Assembly: GCA_032718475.1 (NCBI GenBank)
Contig: JAUCBJ010003016.1
Span: forward strand, 17,892-81,891
Origin: Nemertoderma westbladi
Taxonomy: Eukaryota > Animalia > Xenacoelomorpha
Reading direction: 5' to 3'
DNA: 64,000 nt
The position numbers and the translations under genes are program-made. This document shows positions 24,915 through 35,907 of this stretch, one piece after another. The notes beneath the pieces were generated by a model that was not told the DNA's origin, ran no database searches, and saw nothing but the letters and a program-made list of their open reading frames with translations. Every line of letters begins with the position of its first letter. The stretch's first letter is position 1.

Positions 24915-27863
24915 TTGCCCCTTCCTAGACTAGCCTCAGTAAACACCCTAACACTCGGGTCCCCAATGCGACAAGGTGAGCTGACTGCCTTGGCAGATAA
25001 GCTTTCTCTTAGCGCAGTGGGTGTTCAAGAGCACCGAATGCAGACTGGACAGACTGATGAGGTTCTGATTAAGGACATGGGGGGCGGTTGGCGACTCGCC
25101 CTCGCGTCAGCAGATGATAGTGGCAATGGTGGAATTGGTCTATTGATGAATCCAACTGCACATGCAGCATTGGATAAAATAGACCAAATCTCTAACCGCG
25201 TCATCCGTTGCCACTTCTCATGTTCTGGAAGACTGGCTAAGAAGTTTCCTAAGGTGGTTCTGATTGTGTGCTACTCTCCAACTAGTGTTGCCCCTGTAGA
25301 GGAGGTGGAAAATTTCTACCACAATCTACAAGCAGCAACTGATGGAGTGGATCAGCATGCATTCTTAACATTCCTGGGAGACTTTAATGCAAGTCTGCAT
25401 CAATCACCTACATCGCCCTGGGTCTATAGCAATAGTGTTAACCGAAATTCTGTCCATCTTCAGGATTTTATCTCTGGAAATGGATTGTTTTCGGCTGGAA
25501 CCCAGTTCAAGAAGCGAACTGGAAAGCTATGGACTCATAGTGGACCCAGTGGTCACAAGTCCCAGATAGACCATATTCTGTTTCGTAGGAAATACAGGAG
25601 CTCTATACAAGACTGTAATGCATTTACACTTCGACCCTTCTCCAGTGATCACCGCCTTATTGTGGCCAAGGTAAGACTTAGTCTGCGTGCTAGCAGAACA
25701 ACGAAATCTGCCTTGCCACGGCATGACTGGTCCTCTCTGTTGCAACAGCCAAGTGTGAGATCCAGCTTCACACTACAGCTGAGCAACAGGTATGAGGCTC
25801 TTGCCTCTGAGGCGGCAGATCACTGTGAGGGCTATACTGCCTTTACAGAAGCAGTTAAGTTAGCAGCTGCAGAAACAGTTCCTGTATACCCTCGACACAG
25901 GAAAAGGGCCCCCTGGACTGACAACAAAATTCAGAAGTGCCGAAATGACCTTCATAAGGCGCAGAAAGAGTCCCGACTCAAACAGACTACAGCGGCCAAG
26001 AATGCAGTAAAAGCTGCATCTAGGTCCCTGAACAGGCAGTACTCTGTTAATCTACAGGAGCTAATAAACCAACAGGTTGATGCCATCAATGATGCTGACG
26101 ACAGCAGGCAATCATCCCAGGCATGGAAATCGATCAATCTGCTTACTGGGCGGAAAAGCCAACCAACCACCAAGGTTAAGGCTGAATCACCAGCCGATCG
26201 CCTCAATGGTTGGAAAGCCCACTTTGAAAAGCTCCTCAATAATGACAGGGTATTGCCTGATAACTTTATAGAAGTAAAAGTGTCTGAGTCTGTACTCCCA
26301 GATATTCCCATTGGCGATATCTCCTTTGCAGAAGTGAAGGCTGCTGCAAAGAGCATTAAGACCAATCGTGCCAGTGGAGTAGATGGTGTTCCCCCTGAGG
26401 TCTTTAAAATACCTGAGTGTTTAAAGCTCATCTATCCCATCATAGTAGACATGTACCGTACAACAAGAGTCCCACAAGAAATGAAAACAAATAAGTTGGT
26501 GCCAGTCCCCAAGAAGGGCAACCTAACACTCTATGGTTCTTTTCGGGGAATCTCATTGATCTCGATTGCTGCAAAACTATACAATAGAATTCTATTAAAT
26601 CGCATCAGGGATCCCATTGAGAGACTGCTACGTGGAAATCAGAATGGGTTCCGTAAAGGTCGTGGGACCATGGAGCCCATTTTGGCACTTAGAAGGATAA
26701 TTGAAGAGTTATCAAAAAAGAAAGACAGGCATCTGGCTGTTATCTTTGTTGACTTCTTCAAGGCCTTTGATTCAGTCTCTCGCTCACGTATGTTCAGCAT
26801 ACTTTCATTATATGGGATTCCTGATGAAATTATTGCAGCAATCAGATCAGTATACGATGGTTCGACAACATTTGTGTCTACTGTTGACGGTGACACAGAA
26901 CCATTTGAAGTGTTATGGGGCGTACTCCAAGGAGACACGCTTGCACCATTCTTGTTCATTATTGTGGTTGACTATGTTCTACGCATGTCCTTAGATCGTC
27001 ATAATGATGATGGGGTGATGATAACTCCACCTACTGGCTCCAGAAGTCGAGGAAATCCTGCCAAGTACCTAACTGATCTAGACTTTGCTGATGACTTAGG
27101 AGTACTCTCAGAATCATTAGAGGGAGCCCAGCGGCTCCTCAGCTCATTAGAACATGCTGCTTCTAGTGTTGGTCTTTTTATCAACTCCAGAAAAACCAAA
27201 ATTCTGACAGTTAACTTTGAAAGTCCTCAGCAAGTCTCTGATCGGATGAGCATAAGCTCAAAGGATGGTATGCTTGAGCATGTGGACGACTTCTGTTACC
27301 TGGGATCATGGATCCGGAAGTCAGGTGAGGACCTTCGAATACGTAAGGGAAAGGCATGGGCAGCCTTGAATAGGCTTTCCAGGATTTGGAAGTCACCTAG
27401 AATTAATCGGAAACTTAAGGTCCGATTATTTAGAGCAGCAGTAGTTCCAGTACTCCTCTACGGGAGTCCATGCTGGGCTCTAACTGCTGAGGACACCAAA
27501 TCTCTGGATGGCACATTCACAAGAATGCTACGCCGGGTACATTGTGTCAAGTTCAATGCACACATCTCCAACCAGACACTATATAACATTGGAGGTGTCT
27601 CATTGGTTCCCCCAAGCTTGACACTAGAACAAAATCGCCTCCGCTTTGCAGGACATTGCTTTCGCCGTGAGGACCAGCCAGTGCATAATCTTGTACTTTG
27701 GCAGCCTCATGGAGTGAATAAGCATGGTGGACAGCCCATGACTTTCTTGAGACGCATCTTAAAGGACACTGGCCTTAAAGATGCGGATGATCTAGCAAAT
27801 GTCATGGGTGATAGGGAGTTGTGGCGGTGCAATTTTGTTGACAAGCCGGCACAGCATTCTTAA
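24915..27863 (+). CDS. APE endonuclease + reverse transcriptase of the RTE element (N-terminus missing)
   Basis: Motifs VGVQE, LGDFNA, QIDHIL, SDH (APE); QNGFR, FVDFFKAFDSV, GVLQGDTLAPFLF, DFADD, FCYLGS (RT). The TTG start comes from flanking DNA. Confidence 0.93.
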   Translation: MPLPRLASVNTLTLGSPMRQGELTALADKLSLSAVGVQEHRMQTGQTDEVLIKDMGGGWRLALASADDSGNGGIGLLMNPTAHAALDKIDQISNRVIRCHFSCSGRLAKKFPKVVLIVCYSPTSVAPVEEVENFYHNLQAATDGVDQHAFLTFLGDFNASLHQSPTSPWVYSNSVNRNSVHLQDFISGNGLFSAGTQFKKRTGKLWTHSGPSGHKSQIDHILFRRKYRSSIQDCNAFTLRPFSSDHRLIVAKVRLSLRASRTTKSALPRHDWSSLLQQPSVRSSFTLQLSNRYEALASEAADHCEGYTAFTEAVKLAAAETVPVYPRHRKRAPWTDNKIQKCRNDLHKAQKESRLKQTTAAKNAVKAASRSLNRQYSVNLQELINQQVDAINDADDSRQSSQAWKSINLLTGRKSQPTTKVKAESPADRLNGWKAHFEKLLNNDRVLPDNFIEVKVSESVLPDIPIGDISFAEVKAAAKSIKTNRASGVDGVPPEVFKIPECLKLIYPIIVDMYRTTRVPQEMKTNKLVPVPKKGNLTLYGSFRGISLISIAAKLYNRILLNRIRDPIERLLRGNQNGFRKGRGTMEPILALRRIIEELSKKKDRHLAVIFVDFFKAFDSVSRSRMFSILSLYGIPDEIIAAIRSVYDGSTTFVSTVDGDTEPFEVLWGVLQGDTLAPFLFIIVVDYVLRMSLDRHNDDGVMITPPTGSRSRGNPAKYLTDLDFADDLGVLSESLEGAQRLLSSLEHAASSVGLFINSRKTKILTVNFESPQQVSDRMSISSKDGMLEHVDDFCYLGSWIRKSGEDLRIRKGKAWAALNRLSRIWKSPRINRKLKVRLFRAAVVPVLLYGSPCWALTAEDTKSLDGTFTRMLRRVHCVKFNAHISNQTLYNIGGVSLVPPSLTLEQNRLRFAGHCFRREDQPVHNLVLWQPHGVNKHGGQPMTFLRRILKDTGLKDADDLANVMGDRELWRCNFVDKPAQHS

Positions 27864-27900
27864 AAATGCAGCTGCAATGCAGCATGCCGATCCTAGTAGT
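24925..27900 (+). mobile_element. RTE-clade non-LTR retrotransposon, 5'-truncated, ORF body intact
   Basis: Single APE+RT ORF, short 3' UTR and TAG tail. Approximate TSD tgccccttcc / tgcccctttcc. Confidence 0.95.
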
Positions 27901-27910
27901 GCCCCTTTCC

Positions 27911-29600
27911 TTTAAACAGACTACTACAGACTGAATCGCCAAAGAGATTAGGGACAACCTTTAGTTGAAAACAATCGCTGATTATGGTTGCAAGCAGGTC
28001 ACACACCGGGTCTGGGTTTAGGTAAAGGAAATGTTATATTGTTAGTGATGATATATCGCCAGCTTTACCTGTTGACAGACCATTTTATTACCAGTGGTGG
28101 GGCATTCGGTAAATGGGCTTGATGGCAGGCCTCCCTCATATGCTCCTGTAATGATTCGATTAGAACTTTACTTTCCGTGGTAGGTGGTAGCCAAGGGATT
28201 GAATTTAGAAGTATAATGAGTTCTATGTGTTTGTTGCATTTCTGCAGAGATTTCCTTTCAGTTCTTACCTTTATTGCGGATTAAGGTGGCCCAAAACTGG
28301 CTTGGATTCGATTTTATGTACCCATTTATTGAAGGAATTAGCTACTACGGTTCTTAGAAAGAAAGTTCTTTAGGCGGGGTGTTGTTAGTTTTGAGGATTT
28401 GAATGCATCTGCGATTGGGTTAACTCGATCTTTGTCATAGTCCTTCCAGAGTTTATAGAAGTCACTAGTGACCTTACTTTTGCATTTAAGTAAACATGGA
28501 CGGATTCTAATGTACTTCGTGACTATCTATGGCTGGCTAATGAATTGGGATGTGGTCCTGCGCAGCATTAATAATGGAGTTGCGCATGCATTCAGTAACA
28601 TCATTGAGGATTTCAGGGTATTGGACAAAAGTCTGCAGTGAGATTATGATATCTGTAAAAACACTTTCTACTGAGGAAATATAACTTTGGGTAGCCTTAT
28701 TCCAGGCAATTTTAATCTGTGGTGCAAACTTGGTTTAGGGTCGAGGTGGGGTCTTGTGGTGTTCCACTTTAAGTATGATCTCTGCAGTCAGTGGTGAAGG
28801 TATAGTTGTGGTCAGGGTCCTCTTCGTAAACTAAGCCACTGAGTAGGAGTAGTGAAGTGATTTGGTATAATAATATGATCAATTTAGGAAGCACCGTTTC
28901 CTTATGTAAAGGTAATACAAGGTCCAGAGGATACATTGTATGTGTCAATAGGGGAAAGATTGAGGTCAATGAAAGACTGAGAGATTTAACCCTTTCAGAT
29001 GGCCTGATAGCACCGAATCTTGAACCCTGAAAAGGTCCAAGATCTGCATTTGTGTCTGACATTATGATTGGCGTTATGGTTGATGGACAGTTACCGGTAT
29101 ATTTATATTCCAACATGTCGAACTAGTGTTCCTGCAATCCAACGATTGCGCACCTCTGCAGTAAGCCCAAATATATATTCAGTATTAGTGGCTAACCCTC
29201 TAGTATTGAAAGAACTGACTGAAAGTTTCCTTGCTATTGCTACCAGTTCCAATGCCAATGGGGTTGGGCTTAGTGCTAAAGGTACTTCCCATGGTAATGT
29301 GTGGATATCTGTGGTTTTCGGGAAGTGTGAGTTGCATCTTTGGTGGAAAATGTAGAAATATGTATAGATCGCTGTTTGGTGTTCCAGGTAAGGCAATAAG
29401 TGCCCATCCTGTAGTCTGTTGGGACCTGCCTGGGTCCCCAGTTCCTGTATGTGTATTTTGTTGTAGTCCCCGAGAGATGCGTGTCAGGCTGCTGTTCAAC
29501 TGGGAAACCTTCAGGACCTGAGGTTAGTGCATGCTTGCTAGTCAGATTATTGGCTGAATCCAGTGTAACCAGGAAAAGCCCGGTGGCCAGAAGCCTTTCT
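27911..29600 (-). pseudogene. Old LINE relic, endonuclease portion (probably the same element as 24060-24620)
   Basis: Broken frames contain LSVSSFNTRGL (APE motif I), PIIMSDTNADLG (GDFN-like) and NYTF. Boundaries approximate. Confidence 0.6.
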
Positions 29601-30914
29601 TTGTAACTTTTTTCTGCATCGTTGAGATCGGCAGCAATTGTAGCATTATTTTAATCCTCATGTCTGTTCCATCTCATTGTGATCCTATGTACATGTAAGA
29701 AATCGCACTTTTACCAAGTATCGAACACACACCACGTAGATCAGTGGTGTAGCGATATACCAACTCATCTAACAAGCAAATTACAGAGAAAGACTTTTGG
29801 CTCAAACAGACCACGGCAGCTAAGAAAGCAGTCAAGGATATTTGTAGATCCTGGAATAGGCAGTACTCTGATAATCTACTGAAGCTTCTCAATCAACAGG
29901 TTGATACCATCAATGATACCGATGACAGCAGTCAATCAGCCCAGGCATGGAAATCGATCAACTTTCTGACTAGGAGTAAAGTCAACCAACCACCATGGTT
30001 GAGGCTGAATCTCATTATAATAGACAAGTACCGGATGAAGTGAATCCAACAAGAAATGAAAACGGACCCCGTTCCCCATTCCCAAGAAGGGCAACCTAAC
30101 ACTCTATGGATTTTTTTGTGGAATCTCGTTAATCTCGATTGCCTGAAAGCTTATATACAATTATATAGCATCAGGTTCTGTAAAAGTTCTGGGACCAGGG
30201 AGGCCATTCCGGTGCTTAGAAGACTAATTGAAGAGTTCAAAAGAGAACGATAGACATCTGGATGTTATCTTTGATGACTTCTTTAAGGCCTTCGAATCAG
30301 TATCTCGATCATGTATGTGTTCAGGTTCAGCATACTTGCGCTAAATGGGATTCACGATGAAAGGACGACAGCAATCAGTTAACACTCTGTTAAGACCAAG
30401 AAGACTAAAATTTTGAAAGTTAACTTTGAAAGTCCTCCGGAAATGTCTGAACATATGAAGTGCTTGAGCATGTGGATGACTTCTGCTACATGGGATCTTG
30501 GATCCGGAAGTCAGACCTTCGAATACGGGAAGGCGTAAGGGAAATCTCTAGACATATACAAGAAAGCTAGACCGGGTTCACTGTGTAATGTACTATGCAC
30601 ACATATCCAACCAGACACTATATAACATTAGAGGTGTTCCATTGGTACTCTCCCAAGCTTGAGACTTGAACAGAGCAGCCTCTGCTTCGCAGGACAATGC
30701 TTTCGCCGTGAGGTCCAGCCTGTGCACAATCTTGTGCTTTAATAATAATGAATTGTTGTGGGGTGAGTGACGGTTAATTAAATATATAATGTGGATAGGA
30801 CAATATGATAATGCTCTCCATAGCGAAAAATTTCCTTTGAGTGATTAGTTGGCCTAAATATGATATCCCACTCCATAGTGAAATATTCATCCGATCTGGT
30901 AGCTCATTACACAC

Positions 30915-30958
30915 ACCCGGCTGATGATAACCGTAAGTTTGAAACCTAGGTACCGGGT
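30915..30958 (+). ncRNA. Minimal type I hammerhead ribozyme, copy 1
   Basis: ACCCGG-CTGATGA-TAACCGTAAGTTT-GAAA-CCTAGG-TA^-CCGGGT. Helix I is ACCCGG/CCGGGT; predicted cut after 30952. Confidence 0.88.
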
Positions 30959-31277
30959 TCGAGCCCCAACAGGGTCGGTTGATATTTTTCGCTATGGAGA
31001 GCATTATCATATTGTCCTATCCACATTATATATTTAATTAACCGTCACTCACCCCACAACAATTCATTATTATTATTAATTAACAGCCTGGGCCAGGCAT
31101 TACGGGGTCTCAGTGGTTTCTACAACACTGTATAATAGTTATTCTTTGAGGCATGGTTGCCATTTCTGGCAGAGCACGGGAATAACGTTGTACTTTCCTT
31201 TGAGTGATTAGTTGGCCTAAATATGATATCCCACTCCATAGTGAAATCTTCATCTGATCTAGTAGCTCAGTCAACAC

Positions 31278-31321
31278 ACCCGGCTGATGATAACCGTAAG
31301 TTTGAAACCTAGGTACCGGGT
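31278..31321 (+). ncRNA. Minimal type I hammerhead ribozyme, copy 2
   Basis: Same motif as copy 1; predicted cut after 31315. Confidence 0.88.
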
Positions 31322-31641
31322 TCGAGCCCCAACAGGGTCGGTTGATATTTTTCGCTATGGAGAGCATTATCATATTGTCCTATCCACATTATATATTTAA
31401 TTAACCGTCACTCACCCCACAACAATTCATTATTATTATTAATTAACAGCCTGGGCCAGGCATTACGGGGTCTCAGTGGTTTCTACAACACTGTATAATA
31501 GTTATTCTTTGAGGCATGGTTGCCATTTCTGGCAGAGCACGGGAATAACGTTGTACTTTCCTTTGAGTGATTAGTTGGCCTAAATATGATATCCCACTCC
31601 ATAGTGAAATCTTCATCCGATCTGGTAGCTCAGTCACACAC

Positions 31642-31685
31642 ACCCGGCTGATGATAACCGGAAGTTTGAAACCTAGGTACCGGGT
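31642..31685 (+). ncRNA. Minimal type I hammerhead ribozyme, copy 3
   Basis: Same motif with loop II GTAA->GGAA; predicted cut after 31679. Confidence 0.88.
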
Positions 31686-32092
31686 TCGAGCCCCAACAGG
31701 GTCGGTTGATATTTTTCGCTATGGAGAGCATTATCATATTGTCCTATCCACATTATATAAATCTTGTGCTTTGGCAGCCTCAAAGAGAAAATAAGGAAGG
31801 TGGACAGCCCATGACTTTCTTGAGATGCCACTTAAAGGAAACTGGCATTGAAGATGCGGATAATCTTGCGAAGGTCATGGGGGATAAGGAGTTGTGGCGG
31901 CGCAATTTTGTCGACAGGCCGGCATACCATTCTTAATGCAAGCTGCATTACAACATGCAAATTGTGGTTTTCATGGTGGTGGCACAAATACATTGTTAAG
32001 TCAGCATAGCCTCTCAATGTGCAGCTGCATGCAGCAGGCCTTTTATAGATAGAATTATACTTTCACTGAGTGTTAATAAAATCTTCACTTAC

Positions 32093-32288
32093 CATTAAAA
32101 CTGAGTTCGGCTTTTGATAGCAAGGCAATCTGGTACTGTCCGTCAGCATTGTTGTATAACACCATATCAGGTCTCCATATCCAATCCGATGGTACCATTA
32201 TAGTCTCAATACCACCATAGTTCATGGGCTCCCATACCAGATTGACATCCCTCCACTTATGATAAATCCAAATACTCGTTTTCATTAC
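32093..32288 (-). CDS. nAChR alpha subunit, exon 2 (loop A)
   Basis: Acceptor ttttgcaaag|GTA at 32288, donor G|gtaagt at 32092; 196 nt, phase 0/1. Encodes VMKTSIW...WEPMNYGGI...IWRPDMVLYNNADG. Confidence 0.95.
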
Positions 32289-35200
32289 CTTTGCAAAAAA
32301 ATATGTTTGTAATTACAACTACAGAAAAATATTACTTTTGACACGTAGGTAAGTAATAAGCTGCAAACCAACTCCTTAAAGTCCTGGAGTATTTGATTTT
32401 ATATATTGAAAGATGTAGAGGCCGACCTAAAATTCCAGTACACCGAAGACACTCTACAAATTTGAATTTCAGGCTCAAATTAATACAGTAAATGGCCTAG
32501 CTTGACTATACTGCAATATTATTTTTCAAATCTCAATATTCAGTGACAAAAAATATTACTGTTTGAATCATTATAATCTTTGCAAAAATTGGCTAAAGTT
32601 TGTTAGTATCCGTAAAAGTTAAAGTGGAGTTAGTGGCACACATTTGCGATATGGTTGTCGGCCGCCAACAGGACATTTGTTAGTTACAGTACAGACACTG
32701 ACGCACAAGGACATCAATGATCAACAGTTTTGTGATCAACAAATGTGGTACAGATCGTCCGCGTTACAGAACATTGCGATGAAAGTTCGTCCACTTCGTT
32801 CGTCATCACTTATTAATGAGTTCGAGTTGGCGTGAGGCCTACGTAATGCGTAGGGTCGCAGTTGGTGTATTTTTAATACACAAACAAACACTGGTTTGTG
32901 TTGGTGTTTGTGGACATCATTATAAAAGCTAGATTGAAAGGCAACTTAGGAAAGACCGGGCAATTAATTTTGACAAGCGCTAGTTACACAGCGGAAATCA
33001 ACCCCAATCCCAACAGCTCGTTTGTGCCACTGTACATCAACATATTCCTGTCCTGTGCAACAAGCGTGATTCTAAGCCCATACCCATCATCCCATCAACG
33101 ACAGGTGAGCAAAATGATATGAATCATTTTGAATAAGAGCAGCGGCAGGAGCTTAACTCTGAGATCACCATTCTCTGCTATTATCATTGGAATAATTGCG
33201 ATTATATATCGGAGTCGTTCCTTACAAGAGATCATTAGTATAGTGGCGCCACACTGATCTCATAATTAGTGAATGTTACCGCTTTTATTGAAGATACGTT
33301 TCCCAGGGGAGGGAGTGGGCAGGGGGTCAGCTGAGCTTAAAACCATACACTGCGACTGCATGTCAAGCATGTAGCTTAAACTGATACAGGCAATATGGAG
33401 AATGACTGATACTAGAATCATGTATACTCATACTGTTAACTATAACTGTCATACTGTTTACATTATTCTATAGGCCTTACGGTCGGTCGGTATACTAATT
33501 TTTTTTTTGTTTCCCTGAAGGTAGTACAGTATTACATCTCTTACAAAATGTTCAGTAATTTGGGAAAACAAAAAAAGATCAGATAATTGTACCACAAACT
33601 CAGCATCAAACAAAAATCAGCGAACTGTTATAATTATGTGTCAGGGGGTGGGGGTGTCAGTGGGGGTGTGTGTGTCGGAAGCCAAGATATAACTAGCCAT
33701 AGTATATATAATAAATTATAATAATTCGCTAAGATGGCTTGTTGCTTGTGCAGAATAAAGGCCACACTCTTGTTAAGAAGAGACCACGTCATAGTTAACG
33801 GTTAACCCATTGTCGTTTAAAGTAGTATTACAAATATTGATTATGTCTGAAGATGGCGCATATTCCCATTTCAACTTTAGGTTTAGCCTAAGATCTCCTA
33901 TTGAATAATAAAAATAATATTGTTTACGACCGCGTTTTCCTTTGAAGGATGAAATTTATCCAATCGATATTATTTCGAGAAAGACGTTGGTTCTTACTTC
34001 ACACTATGAGTAGGTTTATCCTATAATTAGAATTTATTAACTCTTCACTACATTAACTCGAGTAAAATAAATTTTCAAAATAACATCTCACTTATTTAAT
34101 TCTATTTTATTTGCACACCGTGAAGTTTTAATTTATTGCTTAATTCGTGGAACTGTAATGAATCCACTCTAACAACATACTGCCAGATAGACGGACACTT
34201 AAAATCTCAGCATGACCTACTATAGATACGACCCGCCAAGCTGCTGCAAGGCCCCTAAATTTAGTGGGCCAGTTATTTCTCTTAGATAGAACCCCTGAAA
34301 CAATACGTCTAGCGCGTCGAAAGTACTTGTCCCTAACTAAAATTATGTCCTCTTTCAGATGAGACCAATAAAAAGTTAATAGCTCCAATAGTTTTCGAGA
34401 TATGAGGAGTTCCTGGCACCCATACCATATCAACACCTTTCGGAATTGATAAAATTACACAAAATACATCACCCTTCAAGACTTTGGTATAACCATGAAA
34501 CCATACTATGCATTTTTGTTTTGTTTAATTCATTATTAGTAATCGAAAGCACGATTAGAAGCAAAATTTTCATTTTTTTAGCACCAAAAGTGCAAGTAGC
34601 ACTTTTTCAAACGTGGTAAATTGGCCATACAGTTTGGCTACTGAGGTTTTAGAATGTGCTGATTTCATTGGGAAGGTTTATTCATCTACATCAAACATAT
34701 CGAAGAGTTGTGTAATATAACAACATAGGCAGACATATTGTTATATTAGTTATTAGTCAGTTATTTGTGCCCCTGGAGCGCGAAAAAAACAAGTAGTGGA
34801 AATATGATAATGAAAAATCACCACGAAAACAAATTGATTTTATGACCATATAGGGATGCTGATCACGAATATGTCACTCAACAATATCGTATTATCCAAC
34901 CAAATTTGATTTTTGCCGTTTGAAATTTTATGCTACTTGTATTTTTCGTCGCACCAGACAAACACCAAAAACGATAGTTGCGTTACCATGTTTTTTACGA
35001 GTTGTATCGTTATCAGCGGCTTTGAAAACCAGTGTAGCTTCAGAATTACAAAACCAAAAGCAAAATTTTACAGTTTGAAATTTTTCCTACTTGTACTTTT
35101 CGTTCTGGGGCATCAGAATGACACAAAAATTGGGTTTGCACATACCAGAAATATTTATAACTACTTCCATCGTGATCAGCGACCTCGAAAACCCATATAC

Positions 35201-35907
35201 GTTCAGAATTATCTAACCAAACACAAAATGTTTAGTTTGAAAATTTTTACTTGTATTTTTCGTCCTGGGGGACAAAATAGCACCAAAAATAATTGATGCA
35301 TTGCCAGAAAATTTTTTTAACAAGTTTTATCGTGATCAACGTCCTCGAAATCCCTTATACCATCAAAATTGTAATTTTTGAGCCAAGATCTAAAAAATTT
35401 CTAAAGTCCAGCAGTAGCTTCATCTCTACATCAGATAAAGAAACTAATTATACTCTCCTTCATGAATTTCGATGAACGATGGACGGTATATTCTTTTTAC
35501 TGGCGGTCTCCGAGGAATTTGAGGCATTTAGCACACTGAAGTCGGAACAGATTCAGGGTTTACTGAATATATCGCCCTTCGAAATGTACAATTATTAGTG
35601 GAAGCCGAAGGCCCTGGTGTCATCTGTTCACTGTTCTGTAGAAAAGCCCTGAGTAGTCGAACTAATTGCCACTGTCTGCTGTCATACTGTAGACCGAGCG
35701 CGCGAGCGGAATCTAAACACACAGCACTTTCCAGCTTTAACTGTTAGGCCTGTATACAGTTTCAGATACTCTATCCAGACTAAGATTAGGCCCCCACGGC
35801 GCCGTCGCTGCCAGCCCGTGTACGCGTGTAGACAGGTAGAAGTGATATTAAATAGTCAAATAAACACAGGTCGGGCGTAATCAGGTAATATAATAATGAT
35901 AAGGCAT

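Larger units (their letters stand above)
30741..31759 (+). mobile_element. Candidate retrozyme: tandem 363-bp non-coding units with hammerhead ribozymes and an inverted 5' segment
   Basis: Units start at 30831, 31194 and 31557 (partial). 30741-30831 is the reverse complement of 30984-31074. 13-bp TSD AATCTTGTGCTTT (30728-30740 / 31760-31772). Confidence 0.88.
29785..31950 (+). mobile_element. Older, internally deleted RTE copy, split by the insertion at 30741-31759
   Basis: Diverged matches to 25960-27870. The RTE sequence resumes at 31773 exactly where it broke off. Confidence 0.85.
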
